A stretch of DNA of 64,000 bases from Candidatus Bathyarchaeia archaeon (GTDB taxonomy: Archaea > Thermoproteota > Bathyarchaeia > Bathyarchaeales > Bathycorpusculaceae): NCBI GenBank assembly GCA_049515895.1, contig JBEKTQ010000002.1, forward strand, positions 32,001 through 96,000, given 5' to 3'. Within the stretch, counting starts at the first letter, position 1. Each line of letters begins with the position of its first letter. This document shows positions 29,215 through 38,088 of this stretch, in pieces. The position numbers and the translations under genes are program-made. The notes below the pieces were generated by a model. It searched no databases and was not told the DNA's origin. It saw nothing but the letters and a program-made list of their open reading frames with translations.

Positions 29215-29394
29215 TTACTCGATTACTTGAATTGCGCCTTCAGGACACTGGGCTTCGCATGCTCTGCAAACCAAGCACTCGCTGACTTTTGTTGGTGTAG
29301 ATTTGCCGTCTTTGATTTCGTAGACGCCCACAGGGCAAGTGTTTACGCATGTTTCGCATCCGGTGCATTTGGGGTCAACAACTATTTTTACCAT
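29215..29394 (-). CDS. 2x[4Fe-4S] ferredoxin (59 aa, absent from the ORF track)
   Basis: MVKIVVDPKCTGCETCVNTCPVGVYEIKDGKSTPTKVSECLVCRACEAQCPEGAIQVIE*; GAGGT SD. Confidence 0.92.
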   Translation of the reverse strand: MVKIVVDPKCTGCETCVNTCPVGVYEIKDGKSTPTKVSECLVCRACEAQCPEGAIQVIE

Positions 29395-29454
29395 TTTTGT
29401 TTACCTCTGATTTTCTTGAAAAGCTAGTGAGTAAAATAAAAGGTTTTAGGTGTT

Positions 29455-31287
29455 TTAACGTGCTTTTTCACGTAACCTGAGCAGGATTCCGTTCAAAGTT
29501 GATTCAGCCTTGTCTCTGTGTTTCTGGTAGTCCCCGATATCTTTCTTGTAAGCTTCTATTGAGATTTCGCCCTTGCTCTGCTGGTCTTCCAAGGTCTTGA
29601 TGTCTTCTTCAGCTTCAGATAGGTCTTCTTCGGCAGAGTCAAGTTGCTTGATTAGGTCTGAATAAACGCCGCCTGAGTTTCTAAGGATTTCCTTTGTTCT
29701 GGCAGTATTTCGCGAAATTGTTTCTAGACGAGTCTCTATGGCGCCTCGTTGAACCTTGTATTGGCGTCTGGGAATCTTTCCTTTCTGCGCCTTTGTGTCC
29801 AAGGACCTGATTTCAGCGTGTAACCGTTTCCTATCTTCATAAGACTCAGTGAACTCTCTCACCATCGCTCCAGTAAGACGTTGACCAGAAGCAGCGGTCA
29901 CAGTTCTCGGTTCTGCGCTTGTCGTTTGTGGAGCGGTCGATGCGTCAGCAGTGGGTCTTGGAGTTGATGCCTTCACTTTTCTGAAGGCGGCTGATTGTTT
30001 CTCGCTTGGTTTACGTTTCTGGTATACAACGGCTCCGATGCATCCAATAACGGCAACAAATGAAAGCCAGAAAGTTGGCATGAAAGAGACCCAAATCGGA
30101 TTGTAAGTATAGGAGAATTGAATTGTGTTACTTCGCGGCAGAATGTAGTTGAGGTAGCTTATTCCGTTTCCAGTTAATGTAAGAGTGTCTTGGAATGCAG
30201 TTCTTGTCAAAGTGCTGGACACGTCAATTGTCGATAACTGCGGAGTTATGATTTTTGCGCCTTCAGGCGGGTTAAGCGTGAAGCTTGCCTGAGCAACATA
30301 ATAGTTGAGGTACGGGAAAAGCTCGAAGTTACTTAGGGTGTACTGGGACCCTTTGATGGTTGCGCTCGGCAAATTGTAGCTGGCCGTCAACGTGGAAGAC
30401 TGCCCATTTGCAACGAGCGTTATCAAGGTGGCATTCTCCTGTAAAGCTTTGTTAACTACTGTACTACTTGCAATCGAAAGCGCAGCTCCGGATTGATCTC
30501 GTATCGCGACGTTTTGGGCCATAACTGGTACATCCAATAGAAAAGATTGCATTGAAAGGGTCGAATTGTCTACGATCCTGTATGTATCTGAAGCAGAAAC
30601 TTTGCCCGTTGGGTCAACGGTTATTTGGCGGTTCAGGTTGCTTATGTCTGTTTTCTGTATGGTTTCGTTGGCTACTTGAATAGACGCCGAACCAGTGGAA
30701 AAAGTGTAAGCTGGCAGATTTTGTGTGACGTAGTTTTCTGTATTTACAGTTCCATCAGTTTTGGAGATAGCGATAAATTTAGGAGTGCTGGGGAGAATAA
30801 GAGTTACATTGCAGGTGCCGACGTTTTCTGTAAGACCTGGATAAGCTGGATAATTAAGCGTGTACGTGCCTGTGTCATGTTGAGCAAGAACGCTGCTTGA
30901 CAGAACAAATGCTACAGTGAAGACGCTGGGTGTTTGTCCGTTAAAGTTTACTTCTGCACCGTAAAATCCGCTCTGGTCACCTAACTGGACGCCCAAGTTT
31001 ACTTGATAAACATTGTTTGAATCCCATGCTACAGCGTTTAGGATGTCGGCACTATATTGAGCTGGTAAACCTATCGTGAAGCCGCTTGTTATTTGTCCCG
31101 AAACAGAAATAGTGTCTTGAATGACTACTTGCCCACTGTACAAGACTTGAATTTGATGGTTAACCTGCGTGATGGTGTAGCCTGAAGTTTGGGCAAAAAC
31201 CGTTCCAGACAAAGCGACCGGCAGGAAAACTAGTAATAAGGAAACCATAATCATCAATACTGCATTCATTCGTTTCAATGAATTCAC
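29455..31287 (-). CDS. Type I membrane protein, ribophorin I (Ost1)-like architecture
   Basis: Signal peptide; two related beta-rich domains (HQIQVLYSGQVVIQDT / RQITVDPTGKVSASDTY); one TM; cytoplasmic coiled-coil bundle. Confidence 0.55.
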   Translation of the reverse strand: MNSLKRMNAVLMIMVSLLLVFLPVALSGTVFAQTSGYTITQVNHQIQVLYSGQVVIQDTISVSGQITSGFTIGLPAQYSADILNAVAWDSNNVYQVNLGVQLGDQSGFYGAEVNFNGQTPSVFTVAFVLSSSVLAQHDTGTYTLNYPAYPGLTENVGTCNVTLILPSTPKFIAISKTDGTVNTENYVTQNLPAYTFSTGSASIQVANETIQKTDISNLNRQITVDPTGKVSASDTYRIVDNSTLSMQSFLLDVPVMAQNVAIRDQSGAALSIASSTVVNKALQENATLITLVANGQSSTLTASYNLPSATIKGSQYTLSNFELFPYLNYYVAQASFTLNPPEGAKIITPQLSTIDVSSTLTRTAFQDTLTLTGNGISYLNYILPRSNTIQFSYTYNPIWVSFMPTFWLSFVAVIGCIGAVVYQKRKPSEKQSAAFRKVKASTPRPTADASTAPQTTSAEPRTVTAASGQRLTGAMVREFTESYEDRKRLHAEIRSLDTKAQKGKIPRRQYKVQRGAIETRLETISRNTARTKEILRNSGGVYSDLIKQLDSAEEDLSEAEEDIKTLEDQQSKGEISIEAYKKDIGDYQKHRDKAESTLNGILLRLREKAR

Positions 31288-31411
31288 CCAAGTGGAAGTT
31301 TGTTTAATGTTGTTCCCGCCTATTTATTTACTTTACAGTAAAGCAGGTTATATTTAGAACTTGACCTAAAAAAACAGAAAAGCAATCCTTTGAATCGGCA
31401 ATAGCTTCCGC

Positions 31412-31657
31412 CTAAATCTTTTTGACCGCTTGAAGCGCTTTTTCAGCTGTGGTGGCACAGAAAAGCAAGTCGTCGACGGTTGCAGTGAATGTGGCGAGTT
31501 TGCTTGCACATTGAATCACCGTCACTACACTATTCTGTTCCAACGTAGTTTTCACTGTTAGTTTAGGCGGCGTTTTAAAATTGTCTGGCGAAATTGCGTT
31601 GGCAACCGCTTTTGCAAGCTTCTTGTCAGCGTACTCAAGTGTTATTGTTGCTTCCAA
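31412..31657 (-). CDS. pcc1: KEOPS complex subunit Pcc1
   Basis: AISPDN...FTATVDDLL; conserved position after rps15 and the DHH gene. Confidence 0.85.
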   Translation of the reverse strand: MEATITLEYADKKLAKAVANAISPDNFKTPPKLTVKTTLEQNSVVTVIQCASKLATFTATVDDLLFCATTAEKALQAVKKI

Positions 31658-33101
31658 TCTTTTCTCCCTTCAACTGTTTGCCAACCAGTTCATCAATGGC
31701 GTTAACGAATCCGTCAATCTCAATCAGCGGCACTTGGGCTCCAGCAGCGATGTTGTGTCCTCCGCCTTTGCCTCCGTGTGCTTCTGAAGCTAGCCGCATG
31801 ACTTCCCCGAGGTTTACGCCTTTTCGAATCGCCGCCTCGGTTGTTCTGCCTGAAAACTTAGCTGCTTGCTCTTCTTTAACGTTTGCGAATGCTATGAGGG
31901 GCTTTTCGTTATTGGCGAGTCCCGAAACAATAATTGATGAAACGGTTCCTATGATTTTTTCGTTTATGAAGTTTTCGCCATAAATTACATAGATGTTCTG
32001 GAGTTCACGCATCCGCTCGGGTTTTTCCGCTACCCAGCCAAGATACTTGTTGATGTTGCGGCGATAGTCTTCAAGTATCTTGTTTGATTCCTCTAAAGCG
32101 GCTTTGCGATCGCCCATGCATATGGCAACCCCTAAGCTTGGTCTGTCCATGCGTCCTGTCGAGTTCAGTACGACCGCGAATTCTCTTGCGTCGCGTAACG
32201 CGGTGTTAGGCTCTTCTTTGGTTAAGATGTAAATGTAGCCTATGAGGTTCTCGACTTCCATATGCAGTCCCTTGGAAAGTAAGTGGTCCGCCAGGGCAGA
32301 GCACAATCGTTTTCTTTCAACGTCGTTTAAATCGCACAGCGACCGCCACCTGTCGCCCTGTTTGATAGGGATGTTGAGGCTGTCAAGGAAAGCTAAGGCT
32401 TTGTCTTCTTCTCCGCTTAAGCCTGGAATAAACGGGTTGGTTGTATTAGCCAGCATTTTATGTAAAGCTCTGGTTTCCCTGCCGAAAAACGTTAGGTCCT
32501 TCTCAACTTTCAACAAGCCGGCAGCCACACCGTCGTCAACGATTATCTCGTTGAGGCTGCAGAGTTTTCTCTGATCATACTTGTCCTGCATGTCACCCAA
32601 CGCGCCAACCAACGCTACAGGTGCCAAATCCACATTCGCAGAGTCAACCGCTTTTGCGACGAAGTATGCGATGCCTGAACCGCTAATATCTGAAGCCCCG
32701 TCAATGCCGAACATATGAGGGTTAACCTGAACAAAGTTTTGGTTGCTTAACGAGCCGTTTATTTGGTGGTGGTCAAGGATTAGGACTTTTGAGTTGGGGA
32801 GTTTCTCCTGTAACATATCAAGGTAACCGCTACCGAAATCAGTCAAAATAACCAGTTGAGGCTTGTCGGCGGCAATAAGGGTGATGATTTTTTCGTCAAG
32901 TTGCTGAGTGATTCTAATTCGATATTTGGCATCTAGTCTACAAAGGGTCTTTCCCATGACTCCTGCAGCTGCCACCCCGTCAGCGTCCAAATGTGAACAA
33001 ACATGTATGAATTTGTCTTTGGGTGCTGTTTCCAAAATTACCTTCGATGCTTCTGCCGCCTGAGCCAAGAAGCGTTCAATCGATGCCTGTTGTGCAGCCA
33101 T
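31635..33101 (-). CDS. DHH/DHHA1 RecJ-like phosphoesterase
   Basis: SHLDADG; TDFG; LDHH; GDMQD; GGGHNIAAG. Confidence 0.9.
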   Translation of the reverse strand: MAAQQASIERFLAQAAEASKVILETAPKDKFIHVCSHLDADGVAAAGVMGKTLCRLDAKYRIRITQQLDEKIITLIAADKPQLVILTDFGSGYLDMLQEKLPNSKVLILDHHQINGSLSNQNFVQVNPHMFGIDGASDISGSGIAYFVAKAVDSANVDLAPVALVGALGDMQDKYDQRKLCSLNEIIVDDGVAAGLLKVEKDLTFFGRETRALHKMLANTTNPFIPGLSGEEDKALAFLDSLNIPIKQGDRWRSLCDLNDVERKRLCSALADHLLSKGLHMEVENLIGYIYILTKEEPNTALRDAREFAVVLNSTGRMDRPSLGVAICMGDRKAALEESNKILEDYRRNINKYLGWVAEKPERMRELQNIYVIYGENFINEKIIGTVSSIIVSGLANNEKPLIAFANVKEEQAAKFSGRTTEAAIRKGVNLGEVMRLASEAHGGKGGGHNIAAGAQVPLIEIDGFVNAIDELVGKQLKGEKIGSNNNT

Positions 33102-33192
33102 GCGAAGTTCACTCTTGGCTAAAACGCTGTGATTGAATTTAAAGCTACGTATCAACACGCAAATAGAAAACTAAAGCCTAAGGAGGCAGACT

Positions 33193-33633
33193 TTAGGTTA
33201 CAGATGCGATTTTAGCTTCATACTTCCAGTTCTTGGCAATGACGCCTTCACGCTTGTAGTATCGCGAAAGCTTATGAATTCTTGCCTCGATGATCTGCAT
33301 ATTGCGTTTGTTATGCAGGTCTTTCTTGTTCTTGTCCAGGTGAACCGCGAGACTCTGCGCTTTCTTCATGAGGTTTGTTAAGTCCTCAGGCATCGTTGGA
33401 GCTAACCCTGCGCTTTCCAGAACATCGCTTATGCTTTTTCCTACAATTGGCTTTGCGAGAGGAATCGCATATTGGTCCCTGAGAATAGTGCCTATGCTGC
33501 TGAGTGAGTGGCCTTCCTTGGCCAATTTTATTATGAATGATTCTACTTCTTCAGGCTGATACTTGCACCAGCTTGGAGGCCTTCTGCTTACAGGTCGTAT
33601 TGAATGAGATTTTCCTTTTTCCTGTTTTGGCAA
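33193..33633 (-). CDS. rps15: 30S ribosomal protein S15 (uS15)
   Basis: GKSHSIRP; IGTILRDQY; PEDL; RIHKLSRYYK. Confidence 0.95.
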   Translation of the reverse strand: MPKQEKGKSHSIRPVSRRPPSWCKYQPEEVESFIIKLAKEGHSLSSIGTILRDQYAIPLAKPIVGKSISDVLESAGLAPTMPEDLTNLMKKAQSLAVHLDKNKKDLHNKRNMQIIEARIHKLSRYYKREGVIAKNWKYEAKIASVT

Positions 33634-33716
33634 ATGTTACACCTTAAACTGCACCTAAACCACACTGCGCCAATATTTAAAAGTAATCCCGCACATGGAA
33701 AAAACCGAAATTCAAC

Positions 33717-34346
33717 TCACTTGTTACCGACTAACCTTGCAGTTTTGTACCATTCAGCAAACTTTTCAATAGCTTTTGCCCTGTGCGAGAACCCGTTTTT
33801 CTCCTCAATGGTCATTTCCGCAAATGACTTGCTCGATCCAGAAGGCTGAAAAATCGGGTCGAACCCAAATGACGACTTCCCCGTTGTTTTGCGTTCAGTT
33901 TGAGTTATTTCGCCGTTTGATTCGCCGTTGAAGCATTGTGGATCACATAACGCCTCGTCGATGTAGGCTATGACTGACCGGAATTGGGCTCGTCGGTCGT
34001 TGACGTTTTCCATCAAACGAAGGATACCGCTGTTATGGATTGTTTCATAGGCGTAGGCCGCGTAGGGTCCAGGGAAACCGCCGAGCATGTCGATGAATAA
34101 GCCCGCATCTTCCACAAAAAGAGGCAGGTTGCTGATTTTGAAAGCGTTTCTAGCCGCAGCCGTGGCTATTTCTTTCAAGCTATAGCTTTGTATTTCATCT
34201 CCCTTCACTCGCAGCAACGCAACTGCAAACCCGTGAGTGCTGAGGATGCTTCGGGCTTCATTGAATTTGTTAATGTTTCCCGTCGCAAAAAAGATAACTT
34301 TGCCCCCAAAAGAACGGCCTTCGTTATTGTTTTCTTTCTTCGACAT
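33717..34346 (-). CDS. rdgB: XTP/dITP diphosphatase (Ham1)
   Basis: FATGNINK; VEDAGL; FGFDPIF; SHR. Confidence 0.93.
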   Translation of the reverse strand: MSKKENNNEGRSFGGKVIFFATGNINKFNEARSILSTHGFAVALLRVKGDEIQSYSLKEIATAAARNAFKISNLPLFVEDAGLFIDMLGGFPGPYAAYAYETIHNSGILRLMENVNDRRAQFRSVIAYIDEALCDPQCFNGESNGEITQTERKTTGKSSFGFDPIFQPSGSSKSFAEMTIEEKNGFSHRAKAIEKFAEWYKTARLVGNK

Positions 34347-34983
34347 AGCGGCCACGCCTTTCTATTTCCTTAATTTTTTCATAAACCTTTTCTGCATAAT
34401 CGCTCCCTAAAACGGTGGAGTAACCTGAGAGAACATCTTTGAAGCATTCTTCCCAGAACAAGTAATGTGTGCTTTGTAGCGCCCGTTTCATAAGATGCAG
34501 GTCCACTCCTTGAGCTTCGACCTCAATATTTTTTTCTCCTAGACCGAAGTCCACGAAGTAAATTTTGCCTTCGTGGCTTAGAATCAGGTTTGATGTTGTT
34601 AAGTCGCCGTGGACTAAGCCTTGCTTGTGAAGTCTCGCGATTAATTCGCCGATTGTAACGCAAAGTGCCCGCCTCATATCCTCGGGAGCTGCGTTTAGAA
34701 CCTGCTTAATCTGTTGCCCTTCAACACATTCCATGGTGATTGACGCTTCAGGAACGTTAACCATGTAAATCAAAGGTGTTGGCACGCCTGCTGTTTTGGC
34801 TTCATGCATTAACTGCGGCTCATGCACTGTGCGGTACGTCCGGATTTGCATGTCCAACGCTGCTGGGCGGTATTTCTTTGGGAGTCGCACTTTTACTATT
34901 ACTTTTAGTCCGTGCCACTGAGCTGTGTAGAGGCTGGCCTCTGCGCCTTTTTTGAACAGAGACTTCTGGGCTACTGTTTCCAT
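34324..34983 (-). CDS. bud32: KEOPS kinase Bud32
   Basis: KGAEA; HGDLTTSN; DFGL; VDLHL. Confidence 0.93.
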   Translation of the reverse strand: METVAQKSLFKKGAEASLYTAQWHGLKVIVKVRLPKKYRPAALDMQIRTYRTVHEPQLMHEAKTAGVPTPLIYMVNVPEASITMECVEGQQIKQVLNAAPEDMRRALCVTIGELIARLHKQGLVHGDLTTSNLILSHEGKIYFVDFGLGEKNIEVEAQGVDLHLMKRALQSTHYLFWEECFKDVLSGYSTVLGSDYAEKVYEKIKEIERRGRYVEERKQ

Positions 34984-36011
34984 GGCACATCCACCTTATC
35001 CACTCGCCATCGAAGCTTTACGTAGCTCTCAGTTAAAGGTGTAGTCAACCCATGTGTGAAGGCTAAAACTCCTGTCCAAGAAATCATGGCCCCGTTATCA
35101 GTGGCAAATTCGAGCGGAACCACGTTGAAAGCTGCATCGTGCTCCTCCGCAATGGCGCTGAGCATGGATTGCAACCGCTTGTTGGCTGCGACTCCTCCCG
35201 TTAACAAAATCTCCCTTTTCTCAGTGTGCGCCAAAGCTCGCTCAGTAACTTCGGTAACCATCGAAAACGCGTGTTCCTGCAGGCTATAACACAAGTCCTC
35301 AAGTGAGTAGTTTTTTCGTAGCAATTCAGTGGCCGACGTCAATAAACCGCTGAGCGACAAATCCATGCCCTTCACCACATAGGGAAGAGAAACCAAGTTT
35401 TTGCCTTTGGCGGCCAGCCGCTCTACGGAGGCTCCAAGCGGTAAGCCTCTGATGTTTTTGAGCCCTGCTTCTCGAGCGAAAACGTCCAAGCAGTTTCCAA
35501 GCGCAATATCAAGTGTTTCGCCGAAAACCCGGTAGCATCCCGCTTCAAAGGCGGTTACCATAGTGTTGCCGCCTGAGACATAAAGGGTAACGGGATCCTT
35601 GGCGCCTGTTTTCAACTTTCCAATTTCAATGTGAGCTACTGAGTGGTTGACGCCGACGAGGGGAATTTGCAAGTAGGAGGCTAGGGCGCGGGCAACGGTG
35701 GCGCCCGTGCGAAGGCTTGGTCCTAGGCCTGGACCCTGAGAAAATGCTATTACCGCCAACTCACGCGGTTTTATGCCTGCCGTTATTAGGGCCTCTTTTA
35801 TCACTTTGTCAGCGACATCAGAGTGGTGCCTTGCTGCTTCCCTGGGATGGATTCCCCCTTCCACCGGAAGGTAGCTGTCAGATTTGTTGGCGAGTATCTT
35901 GCCGTTGAAGGTTGCTACGCCGACGCCGAAGTCGTCTGCAGAAGATTCAATCCCTAAACAATAGCGTTCACTTTTTCTCAGAGTTTCGGGCATGTTTTCA
36001 TCGGATTCCAT
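34971..36011 (-). CDS. kae1: KEOPS t6A transferase Kae1
   Basis: GIESS; GGIHPREA; GPG; NHSVAH; SGGNT; DNGAMI. Confidence 0.95.
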   Translation of the reverse strand: MESDENMPETLRKSERYCLGIESSADDFGVGVATFNGKILANKSDSYLPVEGGIHPREAARHHSDVADKVIKEALITAGIKPRELAVIAFSQGPGLGPSLRTGATVARALASYLQIPLVGVNHSVAHIEIGKLKTGAKDPVTLYVSGGNTMVTAFEAGCYRVFGETLDIALGNCLDVFAREAGLKNIRGLPLGASVERLAAKGKNLVSLPYVVKGMDLSLSGLLTSATELLRKNYSLEDLCYSLQEHAFSMVTEVTERALAHTEKREILLTGGVAANKRLQSMLSAIAEEHDAAFNVVPLEFATDNGAMISWTGVLAFTHGLTTPLTESYVKLRWRVDKVDVPWKQ

Positions 36012-36086
36012 GTTTCTTAAGGGATACATATTTTTATCTGGATTCAACGCTTATATTCTAATTGCATTATTTGGAATTGATAGTAG

Positions 36087-36533
36087 ATGCCTAAACGTAA
36101 TGACCTTGAACAGAAAGCACTCCATTATGTGGTGAACACTGGCTATCAAGGCGTGCTCCAATCCGACCTTTGGCGTGAACTAGGAGCAAGCAGCCGGGAA
36201 GGCTCGAGAGTCTCCATTAAACTTGAGGAAAAAGGGTTAATCCGCCGTGAAAAAGAGCTCCAGGAAGGCAGATGGACCTATCGGCTTTATCCCAAAAGGC
36301 TTCCCGCATCGATACAAACAATCATTGACTGCCCATGCTTGCTTTGCCCGGACAACGCAAGGTGCGACCCAACCACAGCGATTTCTCCTAAAAGCTGCCC
36401 CAGACTTACCGACTGGATAATTTCTCTGGGAAGAGAAGGCGCTGCACCGGCAGAGCCAGTAGCTGATCCAAGCGTGCAAAACATTGAAGAAGAGGCTGAT
36501 GACTCCGTTGCCGAAAGCTTGGATCCGAGATAG
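36087..36533 (+). CDS. TFE beta subunit (RPC34/hRPC39-like wHTH plus Fe-S domain)
   Basis: wHTH followed by PCLLC..ARC....ISPKSC.RLTDW. Confidence 0.75.
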   Translation: MPKRNDLEQKALHYVVNTGYQGVLQSDLWRELGASSREGSRVSIKLEEKGLIRREKELQEGRWTYRLYPKRLPASIQTIIDCPCLLCPDNARCDPTTAISPKSCPRLTDWIISLGREGAAPAEPVADPSVQNIEEEADDSVAESLDPR

Positions 36534-37113
36534 AAAAAATGAATACTACTACAAAAAAGCCAAGGCAGAAAACTACCGTTCAAGAGCCACCTACAAGCTG
36601 GTTCAAGCTAACGAAAAATACCAGTTCATAAAAAGAAATGATGTAGTGGTTGATTTAGGCGCTGCTCCAGGCGGTTGGATTCAAGCAGCTAGGAAAATGA
36701 CTGGGAGCCACGGTTTCGTTTTAGGCGTAGATCTTAAACCAATTGAACCCTTCACTCAAGAGTATATACGGACAATAATTGCGGATTTGACTGAGCCAGA
36801 TATTGTCCAGCAAATACTCTCTTTCTTGCCGCGCAAAGCAGACGCAGTAATTTCTGATGCTGCGCCCAACATTACAGGGGTGTGGGAAGTTGACCATGCA
36901 AGGCAAATCGACTTAGCCACAAGAGCCTTGGGAATCGCGCAGTGTTTGCTGCGTCCTTCAGGAAACTTTTTTGTAAAAGTCTTTCAAGGAAACTTGCTTG
37001 ATGATTTCATTCAAACCGTAAAAGCCAGCTTCGACACAGTCAAAATTGTCAAGCCTCAGGCAAGCCGCGCCAAAAGCTCAGAAATGTACATTTTGGCACT
37101 GGGCTTAAAATAA
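36508..37113 (+). CDS. rlmE: 23S rRNA 2'-O-methyltransferase RlmE/FtsJ
   Basis: YRSRATYKL; DLGAAPGGW; SDAAP; KVF; SSEMY. Confidence 0.93.
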   Translation: MPKAWIRDRKNEYYYKKAKAENYRSRATYKLVQANEKYQFIKRNDVVVDLGAAPGGWIQAARKMTGSHGFVLGVDLKPIEPFTQEYIRTIIADLTEPDIVQQILSFLPRKADAVISDAAPNITGVWEVDHARQIDLATRALGIAQCLLRPSGNFFVKVFQGNLLDDFIQTVKASFDTVKIVKPQASRAKSSEMYILALGLK

Positions 37114-37493
37114 GCAAAGTGTGCACTAAGGACTGGGCGGCAAAACATCCTTAATATCATGCCAAGTCTCAGAAAAACCGTTGGAGAAAGCAAACGTGTT
37201 CATGTGAGAATCGCCGAGTTAACCGATGGTCAGAGGCGATTCTGTTCGCCTGCAAAAAAGTGGCCGAATAAGGCAAACCCATTCTGCTGGGTTACCAAAG
37301 ATGTTCAAGCAAAAGGCGCAAGACAACTGCGTTTATCTCTCCTCTGTCATAGCCGTTGAGCACGATGTCCGCAGTTACGCCATGGGCGATAAGAATGTTG
37401 TAAGAAAGCTTAATTTGTTAGAAACGTTAAACCCTTGTACACGAGAATTCCGCGCCCCAATAATAAAAACCTCAAAATAGAGATGTAACTTAA

Positions 37494-38078
37494 ATGGACA
37501 TGCCTTTTTCATTTTGGAAAAATGCTTCACCTAAACGCAAAAGAATTTATTCAATAATCTTCACGTTGGTGCTTGTTATAATAGCAACTTTACTTGGTAC
37601 ATTAGTGCCGCTTAGCGCTCAAGAAGCAAGACAAATAAATGATAGCGTAAATCAAACAGTCACTGTAAACAAAGCCAATGGCACATTAGTTCCGTCCATT
37701 TTCTTAAACAATTTCGGCCTTTGTCTTGCAATGTTTATTCCTCTTGTCGGTGCAGTATTTGGCTTGTTCGTAATGTTCAACACTGGCGTGGCGCTCGGAG
37801 CTGAACTTAGGGTACAGAGCACCAGCGCCTCTACGGCAGCTGCTGCCAGCATATCAGCGACCACTGCGATCATAGCTTTAGTGTTCTTCGGATTAACCTT
37901 CGTGTTAGAATTTGTCTCTTATTCAATCGGCATATCAGAAAGCGTATGGCTGTTTCGCAGATTAACACAACGACGATGGAGTGAACTCAAAAATACTGGA
38001 ATCTTAATCGGAGTCGTTGGTGCCTTGCTTATAACAGGAGCAATAGTGGAAACATGGGTAATAACTACCATCGGTTAA
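37494..38078 (+). CDS. SpoIIM-family membrane protein
   Basis: SIFLNN...FNTG...LEF...AIVET; about 5 TM helices. Confidence 0.75.
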   Translation: MDMPFSFWKNASPKRKRIYSIIFTLVLVIIATLLGTLVPLSAQEARQINDSVNQTVTVNKANGTLVPSIFLNNFGLCLAMFIPLVGAVFGLFVMFNTGVALGAELRVQSTSASTAAAASISATTAIIALVFFGLTFVLEFVSYSIGISESVWLFRRLTQRRWSELKNTGILIGVVGALLITGAIVETWVITTIG

Positions 38079-38088
38079 AAGTTAGATT

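Noticed and set aside
29227-29427. 66-aa plus-strand ORF
   Set aside because: Antisense shadow of the minus-strand ferredoxin.
37159-37480. ORFs of 66 and 84 aa after rlmE
   Set aside because: No recognisable motifs or SD and they overlap each other; not called as CDS.
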